In this document: one piece after another, positions 43,257 to 55,958 of the stretch
How the letters are laid out: each line of letters starts with the position of its first letter
Numbering within the stretch: the first letter of the stretch is position 1
DNA from: Takakia lepidozioides
Taxonomy: Eukaryota; Plantae; Bryophyta
DNA: 64,000 bases
NCBI GenBank assembly: GCA_030704615.1
Contig: CM060732.1
Location: 40,424,001-40,488,000 of the forward strand
Direction of reading: 5' to 3'
The notes under the pieces: model-generated
Told to the model about the DNA's origin: nothing
Database searches by the model: none
The model's input: the letters and a program-made list of their open reading frames with translations, nothing else
Translations under genes and position numbers: made by a program

Positions 43257-43552
43257 ACTTGGATTACAAGTCTTGACAAATGACTGCTTTTTAATCGGCT
43301 TATGTGCGGCAATTTTTGTTTGATGACTAGGTCATGTTGTAGCGAGTGGGTGTTACCTTCTCTAATACGTGGTCGTAGCTCTCTGATCAAGTTGTATATG
43401 AGTCTCATAAGCTTTGTGATCTCATTAACAAAATTTCTTTTTGTGGAGTAAAGCACTAAAATTCTAATTTTGGCTTATTCTATGTTGTATTAATAACTTG
43501 TAATTTTCTAGCTATCGCCGGTTTGTGCTGCCCTGTGCGGCCAGGCCCTTAG
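43257..43552 (+). repeat. Dispersed repeat, copy 1; probable hAT-type element end
   Basis: About 255 bp colinear with 50180..50440. It ends in GCGGCCAGGCCCT; a near-identical GCAGCCAGGCCCTA lies at ~50069-50082, the reverse complement of a TAGGG-type terminus. Confidence 0.6.
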
Positions 43553-43589
43553 TATACTTTATTAACTAGTGCACTGTCTACCTCTCAGT

Positions 43590-45050
43590 ACTCCCACTCA
43601 AGACAATATGTTGACCAAGTGCACCCAATCCAAGCAAAGAAGCTTCACGAACTTGTCAGGAACCAACGCTTTTGTAAAAAAATCAGCCAACTGATCATTT
43701 GTGCCGATGTAACGAATATCAATCTCCCCATTTTGGTGATGCTCACAAATAATATGATACTGAACATCGATGTGTTTTGTGATTCTGGATTATGCACAAG
43801 GCGAATGCATCCCTATTTACCACTGTATAGGTAGATTGCTGCTTCGTACGCATAACCAACACTAGTTACAAGTATTCGAATACTGTTTCTTTTATTGTAT
43901 GATAGGCTGCTACATACTCGGCTTCAGTATTACATGGACCATGTTGTACATTGTTGCTTTCTGCTACTCCACATAACAAGGCCATTATTCAAGAAGACCA
44001 CACAACCACTACGTGATTTCATGTCGTCTAAATCACCAACAAAGTCAGCGTCACAGTACGTAGTGAGCTTTTGACCATCACCACTTCCGTTGTAGCAGAG
44101 AGATAAGTCCTTAGTGCCTTTAAGGTACTTCATGATCTTGTGGACCGCAGTGCAGTGTATTTTTTTAAGTTTTCGGTTTCTTCGAGAATTTAAAAGCATC
44201 ACTCAAATCTGGTCGAGTTCCCAACATATAAAACATTATACTATCAACAATTCTAGAGTAGGGAAAAAACTCTAAGTGCTCATCGTCATCTGTAGTTTCC
44301 AGGCACAAATGAACATTTGAAGGTCTTATGTCTCTCGTTAAAGAAGATTCCACGAAAGCACTTCCAGAGAAGATTGCGTGGATGCTTTATGCCAGCACGG
44401 AAGGTCCTATGTATCCGACATGCACCCTCAACTTGTTGTCAATATGTAAATCTTGTTACTACAATGAGGACACGAGAAGTAGAGACCGTGAGGTCTACAT
44501 GGTGTGGGTCGTGCTGTAGCAATTCCAGCTCACCGAGATAGATTGCCTGCTTTAAGGATTCGCAGGTCCGGCCTATAGAGAAGGAGAACACCGGCCCACT
44601 TTGTTCTTCTATCAAATCCGAAGGGATGATTTGAATGGTCTCAATCATCTTCTCAGAAATATTCTCTCCCAGATCATCTAATTGATTCGCCATTGACTCA
44701 ATTGTGCCTACAAACCCTATTATCATCCTCTTGCATCTTGTACTCAAAGAATCTTTGAGTCAATATGTGTATGTTTTCACTTGCACTTTGCTCATGCACA
44801 GCCATTAGCGTGCTCCACATTTCTGCAAACGACTTATAACTAATCATCTATTGTAGGTACTTCATGTTAACTGCAGTACATAGGTATATAATTTACGTTT
44901 GATATCCTTATCATCCCATGCATCATGACCTGTAACGTTCTCTAGTCTATTTTTTATTCCATTCACAACCCCTAACATCTGTTTATACGAAACAATGCTT
45001 GCATCTAGAATTTCCAGATCTGAAAATTTTGTCCATTGAACTTCTTTACA
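43590..45050 (-). mobile_element. Ty1/Copia LTR-retrotransposon remnant, internally deleted
   Basis: Gag start KFNGQNFQIWKF (~45040), RT-end PYSRIVDSIMFYMLGTRPDLS, RNase H YCDADFVGDLDDMKSRSG...WSSRKQ and ADFFTKAL, with a PPT-like TGAGTGGGAG near 43590-43600. Many stops and frameshifts. Confidence 0.88.
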
Positions 45051-45299
45051 TTAGCAAGATCATTTACCTCAACTTCTCTCTTACTCATCATTGTATCAGC
45101 CTCTTGGCCATGGGCCATAACCTATTGCAATATATATGTTCAGCAAAGGTGTTGGGTCAGGCAATGGATCTCAATTGCTTGACATGGGTCACTGGCTTGT
45201 GTATGGCTGAGCAACGGAGATTGCAAGCATTGGTGGCTATTTCCGCTCTCCCATTGGATATTGCACCCTCTCTGCCCACCGGGACGGTGGGGGCAAGCA

Positions 45300-48200
45300 C
45301 AGGATCATGGGGTGCAAACACCCATGGCAGATGTGGGATGAGATGCGCAAAGAGAGAGTCATTGGATCTCTCAAGCAGCAGTATGAGGAGTGGGGAGAGC
45401 CATACACTGAGGATCAGTTGGAGGCCAATGTATCTAAGGTTTTTGAAGAGGTTGAAGATGTTTCTTCCCCAGAGGATGTTCTCAAGGTGGCCATGGCGGA
45501 GCAAGTGGAGGCTACGCCACAGTTAGGGTGGGCGGACAAGACCCAAGAGGTTGCTATCTCTAGCAACCAAAAGGATGCGTCTCCTACCTCCAAGCCTGGT
45601 GTACCCAAGGTTGCAGTCACTGAGGACAATTGGGAACCAGATGTTGGACCTATAGTCGCTGGAGGAGTCGCTGGACGATTTCTAAGGGCTTATAAAAATT
45701 GTTTTGCCTTCGGTTTGAAGGATTTGGGAAGCTTGAAGGGCCAAGAGATTTGTATTGATTTGGCAAGTAACACACCAATTTTTCGAAGGCCCTACAGGTA
45801 TAGTGAATGGAGAGGTCTTTGATCCAGTCACGGACTATAGAGTTGTTCGAAGCTGGATTGGTGGAGTTGTCAGGCGGGGAGTATGCCTCAGCAACGGTGA
45901 TGCAAGCTAAGAAGGATATCTATGACAATTGGACAGAAAGAAAGATGTGTAGGGACTATCGTCATGTGAATTGTCAAACTAAGTCTGATAGATATGCCAT
46001 GCCAACTCCAGAGGAAATCTTTGATGCCATTGGGCATGCAAAGGTGTTTAGCACATTTGGACTTACGATTGGGTTATCACCAGTTGCCAATTAAAGAGGC
46101 TGACAAGCAAAAGACGACATTCTGGGGGATTGACCAGCATGGGAAGGATTGTTTGTACCAATGGCGCTTCCTACCATTTGGATTGAAGAATACTCCTGCA
46201 GAGTTTCAGAGGGTTATGGATAGGATTCTTGCAGGGCTAGACTTCGCCCGGTGCTACATTGATGATATCATCATCTTTAGTGCCACAGTTGAGGAGCATG
46301 AGAGACACCTCCAGGTGGTGTTTGAGCGTTTGAGGGCGCATGGATTGAAACTGCACCCTGGAAAGTGCAAGTTCTTCCACGATCAGATTGAGTATCTGGG
46401 CCACATGATATACCCTGGAGGATTGGGTGTTCAACAGACAAAGGTGGAGGCAATTGCACGCATTCCACACCCCATAAATGTAAGCAGAGTTCGTGCTTTC
46501 ATGGGGTTGGCAAACTGTTAGTCAAGGGATTTAGTAGCATGGCAAAGGCTATTACCAAGTTGACCAAGGTGGGTCAGGAATGGCAGTGGGAGGAGGAGTA
46601 GGAGGAGGCCTTTGAGGAACTCAAGGCTCGATTGACTTCTGCGCCTATTCTGAGGCGACCTATTCGGGGGCGGTCTTTCCAGCTACATACGGATTGGAGT
46701 ATGCTGGGGATTAGAGCAGTGCTCACACAGGTGGATGATGAGGGAAGAGAGTTCGTAGTGGCATATGCTAGCCGCTCGAACAATGATGTCGAGGCGACGT
46801 ATAATTCCTATGAAGGGGAGTGTCTAGCTGCAGTATGGGCAGTGACACATTTTAGATGCTACCTCTATGACAATCTCTTCACCATTGTCACGGATCACCA
46901 ACCATTGAAGTGGTTGATGAAGTCAGACAAGCTTACAAGAAAGCTTGCACGGTGGGCACTTATGCTTCAAGAGTACGTCGACTTCCAGGTGATGCATCGA
47001 GCCGGTATAGTCAATCGGGATGCAGATGGGTTGAGTCGTAATCCATGCACGAGCGAACATGATGATACTGGAGCTCAGTGGCATGGTGAGACGAATAAAG
47101 AGATGGTGCCAGGATGACATGCATCTGTCTTTTTGTGCATCCTAGCAATGGGAGCTCAAGCTAGTCCATCCCATGCGATTGGTCATGTAGATAGCGTGCA
47201 TGACGATCCAGAGACTAGTGAGGAGTTTGGTGGTGCTAAGGATGTGCATGAAGATGCAGTAGTGTTAGCATATCTTCGTACCGGAGAGACAGCAGCCAGT
47301 GTGACTGCTAAGGAGAGAGATCGGGTCCTACAACGAGCCAAGAGATTCAAGTGGAATGAGACTCACCTACTCCGGGTATGGAAGGATGGACGAGTGAGGA
47401 TTGTGCCTCATCCAACACAACGAGCGCGATTGGTACGCCATATCCATGAGGAGTTGGGACATTTTGGGGTGCGACGCACTCATAAATTGCTGCAAAGGCT
47501 ATTGGTGGCGGGGCATGCACACCGATGTGCAATAGTTAGTGGCAAGGTGCATGGTGTGTGATAGAGTGCGGGCTTCTTTCAATGCACCTACTCCACAATT
47601 GCATCATTTACCCATTATGGGTTTGGGCTATTGTTGGAGTCTTGACTTCGCAAGCCCATTGCCACTAACGATTCGTCATAACAAGTATGTGTTGGTGATG
47701 GTGGAACATTTCTGCAAATGGATTGAACTGGTGGCATTGCCTGACAAGGCAAGTGAGGGGGCTGCATATGCATTCTTAGATCGAGTGCTTAGTCAATTTG
47801 GTGCTCCAGCCGAGGTACTCACGGACCAGGGGAGAGAGTTCTTGGGGGAGTTTCAGGATTTGTGTGAGCAAGCCTTGATAGATCACCGCACTACTTCTCG
47901 GGATCATCCTGAGGCTGATGGCTTGGCCGAGAGGGTTGTGCAAACAGTCAAACGAGGCTTGCGCAAGTATGGCTTGCAAAAGGGACATTTGGGAGATTGG
48001 GACCTTCAGCTACCTTGGTTGGCCATGGGCTACAGGTTTAGCAAGCAAGCATCACTTGCCTCGTTCTCGCCTTATTTCTTTCTCTTTGGCCGAGAGTCAG
48101 ATTTGCCTGCATCTATTCACAGGGAGACTGCAGTAGTCCTCAACCTTGATAATCCGGACATGTGGACACAAGCATGTGCCCAGCGGGCAGAGTTGTTCAA

Positions 48201-49100
48201 GAGAGTCATGCTTATGGTTTTTGAGAACCTTGCTATTGCCAACACCGAGACACATTGAGGTACGTCACTATACGTGGAGGAGGATATCGGCCAAATGTTC
48301 GGTGTTTCCATCCTGGGGACTATGTGTATCTGCAGCAACCAGCGCCTACGACCTTGGATGTTACAGCAGGTCGTGTGATTCTAAGGGTCTGGGAGGTGTT
48401 GTCTTTAGGAGTGTTGATTCTGGAGGGTCGAGATGGCATGGTATGGAAGGACCATATGTGCAATTGTGCATCATGTCACCTTCCACATGTGGATGGGACG
48501 ATAGATCCCAACCTTGCAGTGGTACCTGCAGGGTTGCGTTGCATGCTATGCGGGCATGCTGGTGGTGCCGCGACCATGTTGGTGTGTGACAATGCTCAAG
48601 GGGGTGTCACATGGGATGCTTGACACCGCCACTTGAGGAGGTTCCTAGTGGAAAATGGTTGTGTCCACGATGCCTTGGATAGAGGTAGTGGGGCATGACA
48701 GTGGTGAGGTTGACAAGTGATCCAAGGTCTAGCTAACAGGAGTTCAATGCAATGGACACCCAATTGAAGCCATGGATTGTAGGAAGGCGAGTAACGATGG
48801 GGCTACTTTTGCACCCGGCCTCTTGATCTATTGCCTTCAAATACTGGGACTTGAGCGATTGATGACCAAACGATGATCTTATTGGGATGGATACTTGTCA
48901 GCTATCCGGTGTTAGAGGGACCTAATCACCAGCTGGGGGGGCGATTGTGGTATAGCTTTCTAGGATTGTGTGCTTAGATTGTGTGGTGGATAGCGATGTA
49001 TATTGTGGCACGATGCTTAGGTGCACGACATCCTTTCTGTCTGTCCCTCTCTCTCGGGCATCATTTGATATATTTGAAAGTGTCATATAATTTTCTTTTT
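45300..49100 (+). mobile_element. Ty3/Gypsy LTR-retrotransposon (RT-RNase H-integrase-PHD finger), degenerate and 5'-truncated
   Basis: RT (LDLRLGYHQ, LPFGLKN, YIDD), RNase H (LHTDWS, EGECLAAVWAV, TDHQPL, ADGLSR), integrase HHCC (HEELGH...CMVC) and DDE core (LDF, TDQG, GLAER), then a C-terminal PHD finger at 48540-48682. PPT AGCTGGGGGGG at 48931-48941 is followed by a TGTGG LTR start at ~48946. Frameshifts and stops throughout. Confidence 0.93.
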
Positions 49101-50179
49101 TTTTCTCTCTCTTTCAATTTCATTTGGGTGTTAGTACAAAGTTTCTTTCTTTCTTGAGCTTTTGTTGTTTTTGCGCTGTTTGTGGCCCCTCTCACTTTCT
49201 TGCTTCTTTCGTCATCTCATCCCCTAAGCCATTTGAGCTTCCCATGGACGTTATAAAGTACCATTTCATTTCGTTCTTATCTTAAGTCCATCCAAGCCAA
49301 GGTAGTATCTGAGCAGAATCTTCTCTGATAAAGACAAACATGTACACTGGAGGGCTGAGACCACACCCTGCCCCCAAAGGCTCAGTATTCTACAGGGAGT
49401 ATATGGTGAAGAGTCCGTCAGACATTGCCGATGATATGCAAGGATCCATGACTACAAGTCTCTCAACAACAAGCAAAGATTGAATACATACTTCTGTCCA
49501 TCTCTCACACTTGCAAGGACTAAATCTCCCTTGTAGACAGAAGCTTACACCACCCACATGAACCACACTCTAACCATTGTGTGCCTAGCTTGAGAGTGTT
49601 TACAAGAAACAAAAAAGAAGAGCAGCCAAAATAAAAGCCAATTTGTTCCATGGTTCAACTTAATATATCATGTCAGCTTTCAAACTGAATATTTGCCTCT
49701 TACTACATCTCTGGCTCTCAATTCCCTGTAATTCACAAGAAGCCCGCCCGCCATAGATAGACCATTAATCAAGCTCGAAATGTAGTTGTGCCTTCATCTC
49801 CGCCCCAACGACGACACCATTTGAAGACGAGGGTTGGGAACGAGCGTGGAGCATGGAATGATGACAGGTTGGGAACGTAAAATATCTTCTACTTTCAAGT
49901 CTGCTTTCATCCACACCAACCCCAAACGGAGCTCGTTCTCAACAGTTCGTAACCCCCCTACTTTGACTCAAAATCCGATAGTCAGCCCCCGACAGGATTC
50001 GAAAAATACGTCTCCGTTAAGCGCACTTTTGGGGGTTAGCTGGCCGGTTCCAGCTCGTAACCCCCCTATGCAGCCAGGCCCTAAGTGGAAGTATAATTGG
50101 AATTAATTCTGAAAGACAGTTTATTTGTTAACTAGTTATTTGGATACATGCTAGTTATTAATTTGGTATAGATTAGTAA

Positions 50180-50440
50180 CTTGGATTACAGGTCTTGACA
50201 ACTGGCTGTTTTTTAATCAGCTTATGCGAGACAATTTTTGTCCGATGACTAGGTCATATTGTAGTGAGTGGGTGGTACCTTTTGTAGTGTGTAGTTGTAG
50301 CGCTTTGATCAAGTTGTACCATCTCAGTTACCCAAGCTTTGTGATCTCATTAACGAGTTTTCTTTTTGTACTTGAGTAAAACACTACAATTCTACTTCTG
50401 TCCTACTCTATGTTGTATTAGTAACTGGTAGTTTTTTCTA
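50180..50440 (+). repeat. Dispersed repeat, copy 2 (see 43257)
   Basis: Shared blocks acttggattaca, gatgactaggtcat, gatcaagttgta, aagctttgtgatctcattaac and tctatgttgtatta. Confidence 0.7.
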
Positions 50441-51719
50441 CTGAAAATCTATTTTGCAATAGTGGCCGGATCTATAACATCTCATAACCTAGTAGAAATC
50501 CAACTTGGCTAATTGCACAAAGAAGCAAACTTAGATGCAACCCTTGCCATGCACTTCAATGCATTGATGCCCTGATTTCAAATCAACTTACATACCTATG
50601 TAGAGACAGTAGGAAAATAGACATAATCCAGTCCATGGTCCGGATATGGTATTAGCTTTAAAATTCAAAATGGCTCAAAAAGTGCATCAATGAGTATAAT
50701 GATATAAACCACACATAAAAATGAGTGTGCAACTTAATGCAATCAACTGAACAATGTCAACATAACCCCATTATAATCAAACCGGCTCCTTAGAACTTAC
50801 CAGCTGCAATAAAACCAGTTATGACTATCTATTTCAAATTCTTAAAATTGACTTGGAACGAGTCATTTTAATATTGAAATAGACCATTTAATATTTCAAG
50901 TCATATTTGAGCTCAATGTGAAACTCATATGTTTTATTTCTTGATCCCTTGCACGGTTTACATCTATATTCATGTCTTATGTTTATAATTTTTCTATATG
51001 TTTTTCTAATTACCGTAGTACATGGGCAATTTCGACACAGGTTTTAATATTTAAAAGATTGTTGAAAATTTTGGAAATTGATTTTGAGAAATTAAATAAC
51101 TTTGTGAATGATAATAAAGCATCTTTAGAAATATTCCATATGTCGAAATGGAATTCTCAAAATAAAATAAATATTCGATAAATAACTGTCGATCTTGCCA
51201 AGGTACTACGATGATTGTTTTTCTTAAGGCCTCATATTGGTGACATACTTCTTTTTCAGTAGAGGTTCGGATTGGAATCCACGGATTTGGACTTTTATAA
51301 AGGATATTGAATTCCACCCATCTTTGTTTATTGTCTTTCTAGTATATATAAGTAGCTTGGTGACTTGTTCACCACTTCTTTTTTGTTTTCTTCTTTTAGT
51401 TCTTATTTTAGTTGCTTGCTTATAGCTCAAGCTTAGAGTCCTTGAAGTCATGGTCTTTGGCTAGGCTTGGAAGGAGACAAACAAGACAAAGAGTCCTAGT
51501 TGCTTGTGGCTTAGAGTTTGTTAGAAGTATTAGTAAGCTTGGAGGAAACATCTAGTGTTAGCTTGAGAAAGACTAAGAGAGACCTATGCTCGAGAGCTCA
51601 AGTTCATTTAGGCCATATGCCATTTTATGAAGTGAAAAAAGAAAGACTCCCCCCAAAAAATAGTGTTATCTTGCAAACTTTGAGTGAGGTGAACCCTAGG
51701 AGAGAGTGGAGGTAGTAAG

Positions 51720-54034
51720 CAACAAACCCCAAAAATATCAATCCGTTTGTAAGGTCTCAGAAGAAATCACACTGGGACAAGCTACTCAGTGAAATAAACT
51801 CAAACCACCATGGTAGAGATTCTGTTTGGCCCTTCAAGTTTGTACAACCTGAAAAACTGTTAGCAAGTACAAGCGCCGAGGACTACTAAGGATAGAATGG
51901 TGACTTCAACGGGTGACATTGTCAAAACCTCTGAAACCCACTACAGTATCATTGGCAAAATTTCTAGGTCTAACCAGTGAGGGGTCATCTGAAGAATGGA
52001 CTGACACAGTTGGAAAAACTGTTCATATGGTTCACGAAATCCTGATAAATTGGAGCATATTTCAAAGGCTTACAATGCTCCCATTAGTTCCTCTGCAATT
52101 GTGAAAGCAATTGAGGATATAAACAGATATAAAGCTGGTGGACCTGATGACATAGTCAATGAGCTTATCAAGCACGGCGGCGATCCCATGATAAAGACCC
52201 TTGTCCTTCTCTTTAACCTTATTTGAAGGAATGAAATGACCCCTTTCGCTGGCCACCGACATCAGGTCATTGTCAATCTATACAAGAAGGGTGATAGAGA
52301 AGAACTGGAGAACTACCGAGGCACTTCCCAATGCAGCTGACAAGATATTTCACAGAGTTATAAGTACTCGTCTCGAGGTTGATCCGGAATCTAAAGGTTG
52401 TTTCCACAAAGGCCAAGCTGGCTGTGAGAAAAAACAGGAGCTGTCAGCGAAGGAAAAAAGAGGGAAACCCACTTTTGTATTTTTCTTAATGTCAAAAAGG
52501 CTTATGACGCAGCATGGAGAGAAGGTCTATGGCTCTGAGTCTGGTGATTTGGGATCAAAGGGAAAGATGTGGAGAGTGGCCCATAACTTGTATGCTCACA
52601 CCAAAAGTTGTGTCACTGTTAATGGACAGAAGTCTAATTTTTTTGACTTGGACCAAGGTGTAGCTCAAGGATGTTACCCTCTCCCCTCTGCTCTTCAATG
52701 TTTTCATCAATTTTGCGGATGACTTCGTGGGCATAGGGGATACTTCTTCCAATCTCGAGGAATTGATTGTTTGCGCAAAGAGATACTTTGACATTTGGGG
52801 GCTAGAGGCTATCGTCATTAAATGTGCACTTGTGGCATTCAATGACTAAGGGGAGGGAGGAGGTGATCTCAAGCGGCAGTGGGGAAGCCAAGAGATTGCA
52901 GTCCTCCCTTCCTACACATACCTCAATGTCAAGTTTTCCTCCAACTGTAATTGGGATGCACATATTCAGAAAGTTGTTCAAACTGGCAAGCACAAGATGC
53001 TGGGTCTCACTAATTTTTTCCACTGCAAAGTGCTCAACTATGAGGTAAAAAAAACCATGTTTGTAGCGTGATTAGAACTGCCTTGGAGTATGCATATGCA
53101 ATATATGTTGATAATTCCAACCAGGCTAAGTCTCTACAATCCATGCAAGTGGGAGTGCTTCAGGCATGCATGTCAGCATGCTCCAAAACAACCAATGTGG
53201 CTCTTCGGGGTGAGTTTGGCACCCCTTCCCTAAGCTCCCGACAAGATGAATTCAAGGTCAGATGGTGGGGTCAACTCCAACATATGTCCAACATCCAATA
53301 TCCTAAGTTAATCAACTCTATATCTTCGAAGCAGGATCGCCCTATCAAACAGGCTAAGTCCTGGCGGAAGAGAGTAGAAGAGATTCTCAAGGATCTGAAT
53401 TTTAGCCCGCAAGTCTTGACCCTGCTGGATAAATCTGACTTAAAGGCTGTAGTGTCAAAAGCCATGTCTGTTGCTAGGAAATTGTCTAATGAAAATGAAG
53501 TTAGACAGAAAACTTCCCTGAACTTGTTTCCAGTCTCTGATATGGGGAGGACATCATCAATGACCTCAAGGGTCTACCCACTCTCGGCACTAGACTGAAA
53601 TTTAAACTCAGGGCGGGAAGCCTACCTTTGAACATCAAATAGAAGAAGAAAGGAAAGGGAGAGTGCAATTGCACGTGGTATGGGAAACCTGAAGACAATA
53701 TTCATTTTCTGTTTCATTGTCCGGGGTTCTCTCACCAGAGAGACGCTCTCTTCAAATCTATCCAGGGAATTGTGCGTGTACCTCTGTTTACCAACTTTGA
53801 AAGTCTTGAGGCTGAGCCAAAAGCCCAGGCCCTTTTGGGGCATAGTTATTGGGCAAACCACACATAACAGGTTGATGCTTGTGTAAAGGGATTTCTAGAG
53901 GATTTCTAGAAAACCTGGATCAATTGTTCATTCCAAGGTAAGTCTTACTACCGGTGTCAGCCCCTGACAAAGGTAGGCTGTGTTCCGCTCAAACTGGGCG
54001 CGGGGTCAACAGCAAACAACGTCTTATGAGTACA
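51720..54034 (+). mobile_element. Degenerate non-LTR retrotransposon (LINE) ORF2 with RT and C-terminal CCHC finger; 3' end retained
   Basis: KAGGPDDIVNELIK (~52132), IYKKGD..NYRG, GVAQGC..SP.LFNVFI, IRTALEYA, NVALRGEFG..LSSR, and EDNIHFLFHC. The 3' terminus AACAACGTCTTATGAGTACA is shared with the copy at 59271-59635. Confidence 0.85.
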
Positions 54035-54992
54035 TTCTCTCTGGATACCCAAGACATGGTAAAGAGTCCACCATGTGCCTATCACCCAACTGCAACGTTA
54101 CACCAGACAGCATCAGGCAAAGATGGATCCAAAGCCCGAGGAAAATGGAGTTGCCAAGCTGCGGCGACAATATTTGGTGTTGTACTACAAAGACCTTGGA
54201 ATCAGCCATCAAATGGAAGGCAGATATGACCCCTGGTTTGGCGAGAGTTTAACTTGTGGCTGATTGTGGAAATAAGTGTACCAGTCAATTACCACTACAC
54301 CTGCAGTTCCTTTGACTATACCCACCTCAATGTATATGGAATAGGACAGTAATAAGATGGAGAATCTTCACACAGAGACAACCTTCACTTGTCACAGAAT
54401 TTGAAGCCAAGGAGTCATTCGCATTAGTAAAACCTAGAATTCATTGGGAGAGACAATCAGTGAGTGACTGAGCTTGAATTCCCCATGCACTTTGTGACTT
54501 ACAACAAAGCTAATGATTCTAACACCTCAATCGACCTGCATAAACTTCCTGCTTTCTTTACTGGACGGATGAGGACACTGAGGCAATTCAGTCGAAGCTG
54601 ACACAAACTCACAAGGTGCAATGGTTTTTGCTTGTCTGAGCCTTCTCTAGGCTCCCTAAGCAGCTCTGCTTCAAATCGAAGTAATCAAAATTTCTTTCCC
54701 ATTTTCCTTTTGAGAATTACCAAGCTGCTGTATGACTATAGCTGATAGAAACTAAGGCAGAAGTCTGGAGGACCCATACCTCTCTTCTTTCAGCAAACAT
54801 TCACTGCTCCATAATGACCCATAGATTTACACCCACTGCAACCCTAATCAGGGTTGCTTACCCAATTTTGACAACACTTGAGTACAAGGGTAACAGACTG
54901 CTCCACTGAACCTTCTTTAACCAAAAATCCTAGCTGTACCTGACCCTTATTGCAGGTTTTGTCCTTCACAAGCTGCACCATACACAAAGCCC

Positions 54993-55958
54993 TCAGTCAT
55001 CATCACCATCTGCATCATCTCCAGCACCTTCTTCAACGTCGATTCCCGCAAAAATTACATAAAGGACAACGGCAACAAATTGCGCAATCACAAAGTACTT
55101 GGCCCTCTTCCGAAACAGGTTCTCTTTGTCCGTCCTGGGTTTCTTGGGGGCTTTCTCTTTAGTTCCAGGGCCCGAAGGCTCTCTGCCGGCAGACGACGGT
55201 GGAGGTGGAGGAGCTTTAGGAACAAAAGACGACGCTTCCTCTACCAACAACTCCTTGCCTAGAGCTTCAGCATAACTAATGAGATTACCGTGCTTACCAA
55301 TCTCCTCTTTCAAAACTGAGACCGCCAGGGGAGCGCGGAGGTGGAATAGGAGGTGGCCCAATACAAGGGCGTCCAGACTCGTCGGCCGATTGTCGAAGAA
55401 GAACTTTTGATCTTGCAGCCTGACAGAAAGAGCTTGGTACCCATTGGCTGCCTTCCTGTAGAGCTCCTCAGATCTGATAGTCCTGTTCTCAGGAGTGATT
55501 CCCAAGCGTTGCATCACCCCGTGCCGCTGTTTCCAATCCAAAGCATGAATTAGGGCCCCAGGTAACCCGGAAAAGTACACCTCCCTCACTGCCTTCTCAT
55601 TCTCGCGCACCCAAATCTCATACGTGCTTGCATCTGCAATCCATGACTCCACCACAGCTTTGTACGACTCAAGCTCCGCTTTTTCCGCCTCACTCAACCC
55701 TGCATCCAAGTCCACCACCTTCTCCCTCCTCAAAAACTCTACAATCCCCCCTTCTTCACTTGAAAATCCCACCAGCTCCCCATACTCCACTGCGGGAAGA
55801 TCCTCGGAGTCAGGTTCCACGGCAGTATAGTGGGGCCGGAAAGCTACAGCAGCAAGCTTCAGGTAGAGGAAGGAGGGCAGGCACGCCGGACAGGCTGTGG
55901 GCAGCCCCCAAGCCCCTTGTCTTGTTATCAGTACCAAGCTCTCATCTGTCTCTCCCAT
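54993..55958 (-). CDS. MTX1: Mitochondrial outer-membrane import complex protein METAXIN (SAM37/GST-like fold), single exon
   Basis: 321-aa ORF: AWGLPTACPACLPSFLYLKL, PDSEDLPAVEYG, FFFDNRPTSLDALVLGHLLF, FRKRAKYFVIAQFVAVVLY (C-terminal TM) and an acidic tail, all typical of plant metaxin. Confidence 0.92.
   Translation of the reverse strand: MGETDESLVLITRQGAWGLPTACPACLPSFLYLKLAAVAFRPHYTAVEPDSEDLPAVEYGELVGFSSEEGGIVEFLRREKVVDLDAGLSEAEKAELESYKAVVESWIADASTYEIWVRENEKAVREVYFSGLPGALIHALDWKQRHGVMQRLGITPENRTIRSEELYRKAANGYQALSVRLQDQKFFFDNRPTSLDALVLGHLLFHLRAPLAVSVLKEEIGKHGNLISYAEALGKELLVEEASSFVPKAPPPPPSSAGREPSGPGTKEKAPKKPRTDKENLFRKRAKYFVIAQFVAVVLYVIFAGIDVEEGAGDDADGDDD

Noticed and set aside
43257-50440. 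Direct repeats at 43257 and 50180 bracketing the Copia+Gypsy block as LTRs of one element
   Set aside because: There are no TG...CA ends or PBS. The Gypsy PPT at 48931 points to a different LTR start (~48946), and the repeats are associated with TAGGG-type DNA-transposon ends.
51200-51715. LTR-like segment with TATATAAG before the LINE
   Set aside because: Only a compositional resemblance; no termini, TSD or partner could be identified.
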